A stretch of 64,000 nt of DNA from Amphiscolops sp. MND2022. Its lineage: Eukaryota. The position numbers and the translations under genes were made by a program. The stretch is from assembly GCA_964187785.1 (NCBI GenBank), contig OZ076409.1, positions 13,394,001 to 13,458,000 of the forward strand, given 5' to 3'. Each line of letters opens with the position of its first letter. The stretch's first letter is position 1. Below the pieces are notes generated by a model. The model had not been told where the DNA came from. It did no database searches and worked only from the letters and a program-made list of their open reading frames with translations. Below are positions 11,801-26,184 of the stretch, piece after piece.

Positions 11801-14800
11801 CTCTAGATTTTCTCGTAGTCGTTGTCGATTTTCCCTGGTTCTCGTGAACGCTCCTTCAGGTAAATACCTCCTCCTTTAGGCGATATAAATGACCATTACG
11901 ATCACCTTCTAAGCCACGTACTGAACGGTGTCGGAGTCGACCACACACCAATTCACACTCAAATCCTAACAGGCACTCTAATTGTACTTATAAACCCACT
12001 CTCAACCTTACTCAACCATCTTCTTCATCCTCTCATAACCAGTCCTCCTCTGAACCCAAATTTGAAAATAACATGTATCGTCAAATTACTCCTTCTACTC
12101 TGAAACGTTCTATTTCCTCTAATATACATGCTAATATAACACCTTTGTTTGTAAACCTATATATCTTGTAACTTTTGTGGTAAACGGACGTTGAAAAACC
12201 CGTTTTTGACATGACAACAGTGACACCAATGAACGGAATAGAACTATCGACAGAAAACTCGCACGTAAACTGAATGGCTGGATGAAATCTGTTCAAACGT
12301 TCCAGAAACAGTTGAACGTGGGTTGGGTCTGAGAATAGTAGAAATGTGTCATCCACATATCTGACATAGAACACAGGGAAGAAATTATGGTTCTCGGCGA
12401 ACACGCTGATTTCCAGGAAACCAAGATAAAAATTCGCAAAGAGCGGTCCGAGAGGAGAACCCATTGAAACCCCGTCTATTTGCTCATACAAAACTCCGTC
12501 AAAAGTGAAGAGCATGTTAACAGTGGCCTTTTCCAACAGCAGCTGCAAGTCGCGTCTCTGGAGACGAATACCCTAGTCTTCGAGGAAACTAGACTCTCCA
12601 GAGGTGTCAAAAATATATATATGCTGTGTGTACTATAGAAGAGAGAGAAAGAAGTATTAGGTTAGGGTTATGTGTAAAAGATTTGTTATATAGGTGTGCC
12701 AACTTTAAAGTTGATCCAAGCAGCTAGAACCAAAGAATTTTTACTAGCAGGAATCGCTGGATAGCACTGTAGAGGGGCCAACACGTTACGCACGTCTGCG
12801 GTTGGAACGGAAGAAGGAGAGAAAGCCAACACAAATTCACTCAGAGGTGGTTGGAACGAAAAATTTTACTGAAAGGAATTACGCGAAGAAACGTAGTCAG
12901 AACCAAGAAAAATGACTGACAGGAATTACGTTGAGGAACGCAGTCAGAACCATAGCAACACGAATCAATTTCTAGTAGAAATTGGTTGCAACGTTGAAGT
13001 TAATAACAGTAGGCGATATTGAGAGGTGGCGAGACTGTGTGTCGAACAAAGAGATATCGGATGAGAAAGTCGAGAAAAGGTGTACAAAAATTGTAGAGTT
13101 GTGAAATGAATGGGAGAGAAAGAAGAATTTTCTTGGTCGCACCAATTGAGCTGTTAAAAAGTGTGGTGGTTGTTTCTTTTAGATGTTTTATTACAGACAT
13201 AAGAAGTCTAAGATTTTAACAGCGGGGTCGTCTTACTTTATACCTTGTAGCTAGCTAGTTCTAAGTCCAATCTTTTCTGAGATCTCAGTTCTTGAAGGAG
13301 AGAAGACCGATCGTCAGGATGAATTCTCAATTTCTCCGAGTAGATATATTCTATTAACTAGGGTAGGTTTCATCAATTAACAATGTGACAGCAACAGGAT
13401 GAATCTAAGAAGCTTGTTACAGGGTATATTAAATGAAGTTTCTTCTAGAATAATTAGCTTTCAGATAAGATTACAGTTGTTAACAGTTCAGATAATTTCT
13501 GAATTATAAAATCTTTGATGACATGCATCATGGCATCACAACTTCTTCCACCTAGTTCCACCTACTTCTTCCTTCTTCCAAATCACAGCTTTTTCGACTT
13601 ACCTGGCAATGATTTTTCATACCTTTTTCGTTGTGAGTTCAATAGCTTGCAGGAAAAAGATCAAAATGGCGTCCCAACGTTCGAAGCGTTTCCCAGATAT
13701 TGTGTCTATAACTCTACAGTGTCAACCTCCAATGTTCGTAAACCTACCTCATTCAACTCCTAGCCACTGCACTATCAACTCTACAACCTAGTGGAAGCAT
13801 GATACAATTGCAACGCAAAACACATCGATCCTATGATAGGCAATTTCGTTCTTCAAGCTACCTCTTCTCAACATAAATCTGACCAATTTTTTAAATTTCC
13901 TAAAAACAATCCTCTATCAGTTGCACTTGATTCCATTGCGATCAAGTGAAAAGATGACCTAATGTTCAGTCCACAACTTCTATGCCACATATTACTCACT
14001 TCGAATTCAAAACAAAGACAGAATACGTTGTTAAAGACCAGCCTGATTATCGGCACCTCTCATCCACGCGACCAATTAAAGTATTTAGTATTTATGATCA
14101 TAAACACTTTAATTCAATACTCGTTCCTTATGATCAATACCTTTTCTGAAATCGACATATTATGAACTTATGACAACCCCGATGACGGAACTGTAAAAGA
14201 ATCTACTCACTCTCATTGTTATCGTATTCCGTTTTCCATTACTACAAATGCACAATTGACCATAAACCCATCATGGGAACAATCCACAAACACCAAATCA
14301 CGGGTTTTAAAATAACTTTATTCATCTTAAAACCAAAGAAAACCGGAGGCCGTGCTATGATTTGCGCTAGATATTAGCTAGTTGAAAACGACTTTAGTGT
14401 GTCATTATACTTACCTTGTACACACACGAAGTTTCCACAGTAATATTGTTCACATCCTGCCTTTGTTGCTTTCGAGGAAGACTAAAAGCACAAAAACTAT
14501 TGTAGCACTAAGTTCAATGAACAAAAACTAACATCCTTCAACGCACTCTTTTTTGTACGAAATATATTCTCAAATAGCTTCTCAAATTGACCATGAACCC
14601 ATTATCAATCGCCTTTGCCTACTATGCAACCTTCTGCTTGTTTATTAAAAACGAAAAAGCGCAACTTCTAAAAAACTTCTTGCTTTGTCGACGTGAGCAC
14701 CGTGTATCTAAAATAGTAAGTATCCTCACACCCCAAGTTGAAACAGCTAAAGTAGTAGCGTTAACACTGTAGACGTATGTCTACTACATTGTTCACTCAC

Positions 14801-15981
14801 GGGAACTGCCTCCAATTGGTTTGGTCATTTACCTCAAGTATATAAAATAGTTGGTCTTCCATCTTACAAAATTTCAGATAAAATTATTTTTCTCAAAAAC
14901 ATACTTACCATGCTCAACTTGAAGCACTTTCCTTTGTTGAAAAGGGTCATGAAAAAGTACGCCACTTTTCATTAAAAGTTGAAACCTTTGAAAAAGAAGG
15001 CTGATATTATGGTTGAATATAAATCAACCATAATGTAATGAAAATTTCCACTTGAGGCCTCCCAAAGAAATTGGAAGAGTTCGGTAATAAACGCCTCTGT
15101 AAACACATCTAAAGTTCTCTTGAAACATCCCTCCGTTTTCAGCCTTTTGTCGATATGATTGACTCTGAAGAAATTGGTCTTGAAAATGGTCAAACGCCAG
15201 AACGTTCACATTAGATTAATACACTCTCAGGCACACTTCAACAAAATGCTTCTATTAAAGAAAACTATTCTGAAACTCTAAACGTTTGAAAAGTATTGCT
15301 CCTTTTGTCAAGATATTATTCACTTTGTATCTACTTTTTATTGTAGACTCTTCATTTTATCAACATTTTAAAACTCCAAAGTATAAATCCTACACTTTTA
15401 CTCCTTACGCAGTCGGAGTAACAGTAACCCCTATAAAATCCCTTCATGAGATTCTCGGTTCTTATGTTGCTCTCATTACGCACTAACTCTCGCTCCAGAT
15501 ACTTTGACAATCACATCATAATCATTCTTCAACCTCTGATCATAATCGATCCCGTTATGATCAATGTTTTAAAATATCTCTTTGACGTATCCTTCAAGCC
15601 CGTATAATGTCTCTAGATTTTCTCGTAGTCGTTGTCGATTTTCCCTGGTTCTCGTGAACGCTCCTTCAGGTAAATACCTCCTCCTTTAGGCGATATAAAT
15701 GACCATTACGATCACCTTCTAAGCCACGTACTGAACGGTGTCGGAGTCGACCACACACAAATTCACACTCAAATCCTAACAGGCACTGTAATTGTACTTA
15801 TAAACCCACTCTCAACCTTACTCAACCATCTTCTTCATCCTCTCATAACCAGTCCTCCTCTGAACCCAAATTTGAAAATAACATGTATCGTCAAATTACT
15901 CCTTCTACTCTGAAACGTTCTATTTCCTCTAATATACATGCTAATATAACACCTTTGTTTGTAAACCTATATATCTTGTAA
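8361..15981. repeat. Direct tandem duplication, 2 x ~3.81 kb (8361-12171 / 12170-15981)
   Basis: Offset 3809-3810 throughout; I counted at least 13 substitutions and 1 indel; 2-bp (aa) junction microhomology. Confidence 0.93.
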
Positions 15982-18900
15982 TCCCCTGAAGACACCATTT
16001 TTTACTTTCTAAATTCAATATCTTAGCCGACCACTTCCTAAAATTTTCAGAATACAATCCTTCAAATACTGACTTTAATGCTTTAACAGTTGCCAACAAA
16101 GCTGAAGTTCCAATATTATTTAAGGTACTTCTTACATTACACACCTCTATCCATGGAAGTACTAGAACACTTGGAATCCCGTTTGCAGTAACAAATATCA
16201 AGGACAATATTCTTGGTACACCTATTTCGAAAAACATGTCAAAACACACTAAATATTGAACATACGTCCCTTACGTTTAATACACTACACGAATCTCATG
16301 TTAACACAGTTCCTTCTACTGCTCATATTTTCACTGCTCATAAAGGAAGTGACTGCTCATCCGTAGTTTAATACGCGTTTCCAATCTGCCTTTAATTTTC
16401 TCCAATTTATCAAAATACCGAACCCGAACCTAACAGTTGTTCTGTTATAATCCCAAACAATACCTATCACTTCTCGCACCAAGATATGTTGGCTACGTTG
16501 GAGTTGTTGCTACTAAAATTAAACCACTACACTAAAAAAGCTAATGATGGTAAGTCCTTTATTCACACTACATTTTTTTTCTTATTACCCATATCTCTCC
16601 GAACCCAAGCCTCCTGTTCGTCGTTCCATACTTCGCAAAACGAATTACTGATATTAAGAACAAACAAACCTCTCAACTTTTGAATGGACCTCTGCCTTTT
16701 TTACCGTATTCACCAGAAAGTCAACAATTCCTCAAAAACTACAAAGTTCAAAATTCGGATGTCACTGATGATGAAGAAGCTTAATCTAGTTTAATATAAT
16801 ATCAACATTGCTATTCAACTAACGATATTGGACAAATCGCTACACCATTTGAAACCCAATGCTAAACTTCAAAGCGGAAGACTCACCTCGCTAAAGGTCT
16901 CATTCACTATAGAGAAACACTCAAAAACTTGCTTGATGAATTGGAACACCAAAACATTACTCGACAAATTGGTTCCTCCTCCTCTGATAAATCGATTTAC
17001 CTCACTGCATTTTTACACCCACTCATTATTATCCCTAAAAGGATACACTATTAAAGTCGTTCTTGACACCAGAAACCTGAATTCCAACACTGATCAATCT
17101 TTCGAATCGTTGCCTATTGAACCTCTAGCTCCCCATTAGCAAGAGCTACCGAAAACTTCAAATTTGAAATTGACCTCATGTATGCCTAGGCACATGCTCC
17201 GTTAGATGTTGAAACTATTATTCTCACCAATTTCTCCTCTGGAGATAAACTCTACGCTCTATTTCGCGGTTTTGTGATCCTAATGTACTTCCAAATTTCT
17301 TCACCAAACAAATGTACTCAATTTTCCAAAAACTCATTGATCAAGATTTAAAACTCGATTATGTTCACGATATTCTGATCATAGCCCATACATAAACTGA
17401 CGTGCTGGAACTCCTTGAAAACTTACATCAAACTTGTAGTTCTAATGTACTTAAAAATGCTCCTGAAAAATGCTAATATATCCTTCTCACTGTTAAATTT
17501 CTCGATCATGAATTTAGAAATAATGCTATAAAACATATCTCTTCAAATCCTATGGTGTTCACAACCTGAAAACGTTCACCTCTGTAGCAGAACTGATGAC
17601 ATACAAACTCTTTTACCACTAAAACCTCTCTCTAAAATTATTCTGACAGGAAATTCCTAACACCACCCATCATTTTTTGTTGCCGTTGACGCAACCCTCA
17701 TTGAACCAGGTGCAAAACTAGTTTAACTTAAATCGGCTAACAAAATGAAAAGTATTTCCTTAACTCCCGTTTTTTAACAACTCAAAAACAAAAAGTTTCT
17801 ACTTAGGAACCAAAACTTTGTGCTATAAGTTTTGCACATCATTCTCAATATGAAATTAGGTTTTTGGTTCTTCATACCCAATCACTATTTTCACTGATGA
17901 CAGCCCAATTTTATTCATTTTCACTCGTAAAGGAATTCTCACACCTCGACAATACAAAGCTCAAATGTTTTTTTTTACTAATTTTCAAATCTTTCACACT
18001 TCACACCGCAGGTAGTAATCTCAGTTGCTGACATGCATAGCCGTGATGTTTCAATTATAACAAACAAAAAGCGTCAACTACATTATAAAACACTACAACC
18101 ACATATTGATAGTCTCAAAGTCATATCATGTTTTGCATTAAAACAAGTTCACTACATGATCAAACATGAAGATGTTTTGCCCACGGGAAAGGATGATTCT
18201 CACCCAATTCTCGTTGATTATGGTGAGCACCAATTTACACTCCGTATCCAAGATAAAAGAGTTCTTTCCAAACTGCATCGTCCTCTCGAACAAACAATCG
18301 AGGAACCTGTTAAAACAGTCAACACATTACTCCAACAAAATCCACTTTCAAATGAAATCAACTCATAGGAGGGTGATGACCCCGTTACAAAAAGAATTCC
18401 ACTTTCAAATCTCAGTTCACCTCAACTTCAACCTACTATAAGTGTTATCGCTTTTGAAATTCACCATCGAAACCTTCATTATTGTTCTCTTTCTAATGAT
18501 GTAACAAACGTCATTTATGATGTTTCATTTGATACATCTTCTATACCGTATGCTATAATTCAAACTATTAAAACACCTCTACACAATCGTTGCTCTTTTT
18601 CGACCCAAACTTCTTTACCTATTGTGAAGCTTCCTAGAACTTCTTTCTCTCTAGCAATACCTTCTTAACGATTCCCATTCTTCTACGAGCTCAAAAAGAT
18701 GAACCTCCTCTCCATTGTTTATACATGATTAAAACAGAAACAAAAGCGTTTTAACCTCACACGAATTACAACAACTCATTCTTATATACTTATTACAAAC
18801 AAATGCAACATTTTTACCAGACTCTAATTCTCATTTAATTCAATAGGAATAATACACCCACTTCTACATTATTCGAAGAACATTTTATCAAATCCCATCC

Positions 18901-19220
18901 TTCAAGTAACCTAATTCGGATTTTTACCTATTCAAACGTTTCAATGCCGATGTTCACAAAACGATCGAGATACTGATTACATCAATCAAGATACGACTCA
19001 TCTTTGATCATTCTTCACAATAGTCACACTCCACGCACTCCATATTCCACAAGTTCAAAACCGTAATCGTGGAATTCTATTACGCCTATTTTTACCAAAT
19101 CATCCTACTAATTTGACCTTTCAAATACCTTTTCTTTTTATGCTTATGCTCATAACACCACTCTTATTTCAAATATTATTCTCTACATTACTCACTCTCT
19201 CGAACTCATTTCCACACACA
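9700..19220 (+). mobile_element. Heavily decayed Ty3/gypsy LTR retrotransposon (gag region duplicated; pol remnants ~15980-18700)
   Basis: Broken-frame motifs: NDIGQIATPF, IKVVLDTRNLNS (~17050-17085), DLMYA, YVHDILI (degenerate YxDD, ~17360-17380), RNase H AVDA, FTD, VADM.SR (~18025-18045). Many stops and frameshifts; LTRs not identified. Confidence 0.75.
12170..12613 (-). mobile_element. Internal Penelope RT fragment (part of the tandem duplication)
   Basis: Matches 8361-8803; ORF 12081-12548 reads GVSMGSPLGP...RYVDD and then runs into unrelated gypsy sequence. Confidence 0.9.
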
Positions 19221-19320
19221 TGTGTACGAAGTAGCACTTGGTGGGTCCGTACACGAAACGGGCATAAGGTGGGACGTACACACTTTTCCCTTGGTGGGAC
19301 ATACACAAAAACTTTAACTT

Positions 19321-19903
19321 GGCTATTAATAATACTTATTGACATGCATTGGTGGGACCTTAACACAAAATCTTTTCGGCGATTTTCAGCTATCAAGAAT
19401 ACTTACTGACATGCATTGGTGGGACCTTAACACAAAATCTTTTTGGCGATTTTCAGCTATCAAGAATACTTATTGACATGCATTGGTGGGACCTTAACAC
19501 AAAATCTTTTCTACAATTTTCAGCTATCAAGAATACTTATTGACATGCATTGGTGTGACCTTAACACAAAATCTTTTCGGCGATTTTCAGCTATCAAGAA
19601 TACTTATTGACATGCATTGGTGGGACCTTAACACAAAATCTTTTCGACAATTTTCAGCTATCAAGAATACTTATTGACATGCATTGGTGGGACCTTAACA
19701 CAAAATCTTTTCGACAATTTTCAGCTATCAAGAATACTTATTGACATGCATTGTCGGGACCTTAACACAAAATTTTTCGGCGATTTTCAGCTATCAATAA
19801 TACTTACTGACATGCATTGGTGTGACCTTAACACAAAATCTTTTCGACAATTTTCAGCTATCAAGAATACTTATTGACATGCAGTGGTGGGACCTTAACA
19901 AAA
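19321..19903. repeat. 67-bp tandem array, ~8.7 units
   Basis: Core gacatgcattggtgggaccttaacac starts at 19341, 19408, 19475, 19542, 19609, 19676, 19743, 19809, 19876. Confidence 0.95.
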
Positions 19904-21354
19904 CATTGTTTTTCCAATGTTATTCTTTACGAACGAAACTCGGTCATTGGAGAGAGCAAAGTATTGTAGCTACTGAATCAATTATTGACATTGAAAAAGA
20001 GGAGACAATCATTTATTGCATTCATTGTAAATGAATTTTTCTATAATGACTGAATGGTATTTACATTCCAATAACTTTGGAATTTACATTACTGGATTTA
20101 CACCCCAGTAACCCCATATTTGTTGTACACCTACTGAATAGTTTTCATATACCTTACTCTTTACAGTACACAGTTTGCTGGTAACAAGTTGACTGGTAAA
20201 TTAAAAATCAAAGTCATTGCAAATCTTTTATTCAGCCCAAATAACGTTATTACAACTCAAGTGAAGTTTCATACAATCTGGATTTGTTTGAAACGATCTC
20301 ATAGTTCATACTGTTTCTTTGTTATCCTGTCACTGATAACTGATCATTTTCTTGCGTCACTGATGGTCATGTTACGTATTTTATCTTTGATATACTGCCA
20401 CTTCGAAGCATGGGGGTACTTTTTCATTGCATCCAAACAAACTGCACGGCCAGGCAGTCGCCCTTGCATCATCTCTTCTCGGAATTGTTTTCTCAGCCTT
20501 TTTCATTGATCCAGTGGCCATGTTCGTCGTGTAGTACCAACAGGCTTAGGCTTCTTCTTACCACTAGTAGTTTTCTTTCGATTCCTTTTGACGGTTGTAT
20601 CAAATTCATCCGAAATGTCACCCGTGTCATGATCGACTGTTCCAAGTGAGAGACTGTTTTTGCTTCCCGAGGTTGAGGCCTGGGACATTCTGAGTGAGCT
20701 GTCTGCGACGTCACGGGATTTCGCATGATCGGTATTATCTTGGACTGCGGTTTCGTTATCCTTAACAAAACAACTTGTGATTACTCAAATCAAGTCAATC
20801 TGTTTTTACCTAAACGATTTTGTTTTGGCTATGTTATACAAAGTTCCATTTTTATGTTTTCGAGAGTTTTGAAAAGCAACGCGACGTGATAGAGAACAGG
20901 GCTTCATTGTCTAGATGCATGTTTATTGTGCACAATTTAGATGTGTAATGTTTCGTTGGGAGTATGATCCAAAAGAAACGCAATGTGAACAAGAATGGAT
21001 TTGTTTTGCTTCAGTAGAAACTGCATACGAAATAAACGAAGATCCGAATTATCCGGATACGAATTAAATGCAATTGACTGTACTGTTATCTGAAGTATTC
21101 AGAAGAATTTATGATTGGCTGGAACTTTTTCCTTTTCCCACCACACAAAGATGATGTTTTTGCAATTATATGTATCTCGATTGCGTTTCCAATGAAACAA
21201 TTCAGTTTTAAATTTATTCTTAGGGTGATAGTTCAGGATTCAGATACAAACTTTGTTCACACTTTTTCATAATAATAATAATATGCATGGAGCTTCAGAT
21301 GTTGTGATTATAATTATGATTAGTATAACTAAAATTGAAGTCCAGCATGTAGAT

Positions 21355-22162
21355 TCAAATGGTTTTTGATTTTTCAATAGATTCTTCCTGGAACCGATCA
21401 TCCAGTGTCGGTTGAATTGTGTCAAGGTCTTTCGAATAGGCATCCTCGAGTTTACCGCTGTCGACCATATACAACAATTTTGTAACTTTTGCTAGATTTA
21501 CGGCATCAGTGTGCATCCTGTAATACTTGTCGTGAACCCTTAAGTCATGACCCAGAAAATCAGCATCCCAAGTCCTCTGGTGCTGTGGTAAGTTCGAAAA
21601 CTGTGCTGCAGTTGCCATAAACTTTCGAAGCTTCGTTGACCTGAACAAAGGTTTGTTCTCCAGCTCAAAGTCTTTAGCGAACTTGTTCAGGGCCTCAGCG
21701 CTCCGATAATGCAGTTTTCCACCTTCTGTTTGGAAGAAGTACGTTTCATTTTTCAAGTTGTCATCATTTATCATGATATCGATAAGTTTGAGTGTATCCG
21801 GTGGCACCAACACTGGGACAACTTTTCCGCCCTTCCCGGGAAGTCGGAGGAGTGTGTAGACTTCTGTGAACTTTTCCTCTAATTTTGTAAGCTTCACGAG
21901 CTCATTATCCGCTGTCTTTGCTCGTTCACAGGCAAGACTCCGTTGTAATACCATGTCTCTTCTTTTGATTCCAGAAACTTCACGATCACGCTTCTTGTTG
22001 AAACTAACAAGATCAGCTATCACAGTTAGTTTGAGTTCGGCATAGTTATACTTAGTCAGTGCGAGGAGTTCTCGCACTTGTTTTCCAATGCTTTGCCGGA
22101 ATTTAATGATGTCGGTAGTGGGAATAACCAGGTGTATGCTCTCATTTTGCTTCTTGACCAAC
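21355..22162 (-). CDS. Tyrosine recombinase catalytic domain exon
   Basis: FNKKRDREVS (box I Arg), GKGGKVVPVLV (Lys), STKLRKFMAT (box II Arg), FLGHDLRVHDKYY (His and Tyr nucleophile) in the expected order. Confidence 0.82.
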
Positions 22163-24554
22163 CTAGAAAAAAACAAGGTGATTAGATTTGGGAAAGAAAA
22201 GGCTCAAAAGGTTTATCAGCTAATTTTAGGGGACCTAAATAAAACCTGTGGAGCAACTTTTTACATTGTGGCTTCTTTTAGGGGAGTTGTTGAGGAAACC
22301 AGATTCAGTGGGACATACACCCGCTACTTTACTTGGCCTTGGTGGGACGCAGTCTCAGTGAGACTTGAAAGGTGGGACCCGCTATGAAGCCTAAAGAAAA
22401 ACGACTGAAATTGGCTGAGTAACTATTTCAGACAAAGTTCCACCACGTTTTCTTACACTCCGCAACCACATATTTCTTCATTTTTTCCCATTTTTGGTGT
22501 TTCTTGTAAATATTTGCCTCAACAGTTTTTGAATGGTTCCAACTTACTCGTATTTAGCAGGTGCGGATATTTGAGCCCATTCAGTGTCAATAACTTTCTG
22601 AAACTGTTTAGCTTGTTGAGATATCTCCTTCTTCTCCCACACGAAAGCTTGATTTTGCAGAAAAGCAGCAGCTGTTTTCAGAATCGATCCCATTTTTACT
22701 TGGTAGGATTTTGCAAAATTTTTGAAACCGCCTCTTTCACTCTTGACCACATGTCTGGTCTGATTAATTCAATGAAATATAAGCATTCCAGTTGGAGAAC
22801 AAGTTTGGCCATGATTGGCATTCTGTCCTTGATCTGATTGTAGCCCTCGTCTGATTTTCGCTTGTTGAAATAATATTCCCCAACATACTTTATAAGGGGG
22901 TCATTTCGTATTAGTTCTGCAACTGGATCGTTTCTTAAATTGTTATAAAGGAATTCCTGGAATAATGTGTTATTATTTGCTTTGATTTCAAGCATCAATG
23001 CAAAGATGGCAGCTTTGATGTTTTTGTTTTTTCCTTCTTTATGGCTAGACTTGGTAACTTCCGGGCAGTCTAGTTTGTGCCGGTACATGGTTTTTCTTAT
23101 GAAGAAGCCAAGACAATCAGGGCAAGGAGCATAGTTATCAGCTGTTGGATTCTCCGTTTCCGTCGGGTCCCTGACTACAATCAGTTTGTCAGTGAATCTG
23201 TTCGTCTCTATGCATTTTTTGAAAACCGCGATGTTATATTTGTACTGTCCTTCATATGTGATCAAGCGGTATGTTCGATCTTTCTCTTTATGAAGTTTCC
23301 TCAAATCGCGTTCAGTCGTGGCGACTTCCTTACTTCCTTCTAATTCTTCTATTTCTAGATTTATTCGCTAAGGTAACTGACGCGGAGCTCTCTTTGATGG
23401 AATGATTGCAAATGGCGATGTAATTTGGCAACCATTGTCGCATCTTTGATATCTTCAAAAGGACAGTAAGGACAACATTTCTTCTTTTTGTATTTACCTT
23501 CAGAGACAACAATGTGGATCTTCCTGAGATACTTTGAGTTGAATCTCCCTTTTCCGGAACAATTAGCGTTGACATATTGTTGCATGTCGTCTTCAATGTT
23601 ATCATAGCTTTCCACAGTGTTTGCAACATCATCTGGTCCTGCAGACGACGTTGAAACTAGTGCGGTCTGATAACTACTTTCACTGATCTGAGAAATGCCT
23701 TCTCCCAATACCACCGTCTGGTTTGATGAAACTTTATTGGGTGTACTTGGCGCTCTTTCAGCTGTTGATGCAGATTTTGTTTCTTCTTCTGAAGACAGTT
23801 CTTCGCTACTTTCATCCCCATCAAAATTGTAACTTTCACATGACGACTCAGATGTTTCAGACGACGAATCGTCACTGGAACTCTCGCTTGACTGTTCAGG
23901 TATGTCGCTGTGTTATTCAGCTGAGTCAGAATCCAAATCTTCCTCAGGCTTCGGCATTAAGTGTTCGCGTCCTTTGTTGAGAATTCTCGAAGCCCTTGAT
24001 GTTCCCTCAGAGAGCTCCAACTGCTCAAAAAGGAAGAATCTTAATCTTTCTGGAAAACACAGTTCGGAAAGAAATATTTCGCTCTAAAACCACAGTGGCT
24101 TCCTTTTGGACTAAAATTGTATTGAGGTTATTTCCAGATAGTGAAGCATTATAATCTACATTCTTTCACAATGCGTTTGTTTTTACGTGCAAAATTCAGT
24201 CAAGCATTCCTCAACCACATTGCGTTTCATTTCACATGATTAAATTTAACAATTCTAAAAAAAATTTCAACAGCATGATTTTGAAATCTTGTGGCACTTC
24301 AATGAATGCGGTGCATGAAAGCCATCAAATTGCTTTCACTTTGAGGTGCAAACGCAATCAAAAAAAGATTTTTCAAAAAGTCAGTAGTTTCAAGTCTTAA
24401 ACGGGTAATTAATGAAAATGTGCTTACCTTCTGAGGTATTATACATTCGTTTTTGGCTTCAAAAGGTGTTTTCGGTTTTCTTTCTTCTAGTTTAGTCAAT
24501 TTGGCATACGATGCTTCAATGCTTCTAGTTACATTCTTCGGTTTCCGTGGTTGT

Positions 24555-25370
24555 TTAGGAGCTTTCGCTTCTGTGTCAGTAGTTTTGTTTTTCTCAACTT
24601 TGCCAGATTTGTTTTGCGATGATTTTGTTGAGATTCTCGGTTCCGTGTCCCCGCCTTTGCGTAACGGGTTAGGAGCCTTCTCTTCTGTGTCAGTAGTTTT
24701 GTTTTTCTCAACTTTGCTAGATTGGTTTTGCGATGACTTTGTTGAGATCCTCGGTTCCGTGTCCCCGTCTTTTCGTAACGGGTTAAGAGCCTTCTCTTCT
24801 GTGTCAGTAGTTTTGTTTTTCTCAACTTTGCTAGATTGGTTTTGCGATGATTTTGTTGAGATCCTCGGTTCCATGTCCCCGTCTTTGCGTAACGGGTTAA
24901 GAGCCTTCTCTTCTGTGTCAGTAGTTTTGTTTTTCTCAACTTTGCTAGATTGGTTTTGCGATGATTTTGTTGAGATCCTCGGTTCCGTGTCCCCGTCTTG
25001 GCGTAACGGGTTAGGAGCCTTCTCTTCTGTGTCAGTAGTTTTGTTTTTCTCAACTTTGCTAGATTGGTTTTGCGATGATTTTGTTGAGATCCTCGGTTCC
25101 GTGTCCCCGTCTTGGCGTAACGGGTTAGGAGCCTTCTCTTCTGTGTCAGTAGTTTTGTTTTTCTCAACTTTGCTAGATTGGTTTTGCGATGATTTTGTTG
25201 AGATCCTCGGTTCCGTGTCCCCGTCTTTGCGTAACGGGTTAGGAGCCTTCTCTTATGTGTCAGTAGTTTTGTTTTTCTCAACTTTGCTAGATTGGTTTTG
25301 CGATGACTTTGTTGAGATCCTCTGTTCCGTGTCCCCCGCAATATTGTGTAATGGGTTAAGAGCTTTTTCT
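24555..25370 (-). repeat. 114-bp coding tandem repeat, ~7 units (38-aa unit)
   Basis: Register marks at 24601, 24715, 24829, 24943, 25057, 25171, 25285; unit DTEPRISTKSSQNQSSKVEKNKTTDTEEKAPNPLRKDG. Confidence 0.95.
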
Positions 25371-26184
25371 ACTGTGACCGCTGCGTTTTGTATCTCAATT
25401 TTGATAGATTCGTTGCATGATTGCAATGACACAGGCTGAAGTGGAATTGTGAGGTTCTTCGCACTAAGATTAAGATACAAATGGAAACCTCTTTCACTGG
25501 AACGTCAGATTATTTTCCTTTTCTTTGCGTTGTTGATGCAACTCTTTTTTCTGAATCACCGGGATTTCTTTTTCAGGTCCAGATTGTTCGAAGTGAGTTT
25601 CCAGTTTCTTCTTCCTTGTCACTGTTATGAAGGGCTCCTCCACCTTACGAGATATTTTGTTTTTGGAATCAGCGGCTTCTATATTATCTATATTACTTTT
25701 TATTCCCGAAGCTTGGGGATTTCGTCTCCATTCTGCATGAGGAAAACCATAATCATTGCGCAACTCCTAACCTGTGAATATGAACGGATAAACAAGAATG
25801 ATCAATTGATATTTGTTTCTTTTAATTGTCTCACAAAAATGACTTTTTGGTGAAAACTTTGGCAATAGGCAGTGTTTTCCAATTTTCAGATGCCCCGTTT
25901 ACGATACCAGAGTTGGTGGGACATAGATTCCACTTTTTACTGAGCCTTGGTGGTACCTCATACGAAACAGTGCAAAATGCATGGAATTTGCTAAAAAACC
26001 GTTACGGCCGTGTAAAATAATAGCCTGGTACTTCCAAGTGTGTATTACTGCAAAACCGTTCAATATATCGTTACGCTTTGATCAACACTTGGTTGGACAC
26101 TGATCCCTTTTTCACTGAAGCTTGGTGGGACTCACACTCAGTACCTCAAACGGCCTTCTGTCTTGTAAAAAAAATCAAACTAAC

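Noticed and set aside
19321..19903. CRISPR-like periodic array
   Set aside because: Whole 67-bp units are near-identical with no unique spacers; no cas genes; eukaryotic context.
24453..25439. 328-aa + strand ORF and 270-aa alternative minus-frame ORF
   Set aside because: By-products of the 114-bp tandem repeat; the frame matching the flanking splice site is the DTEPRIST... frame.
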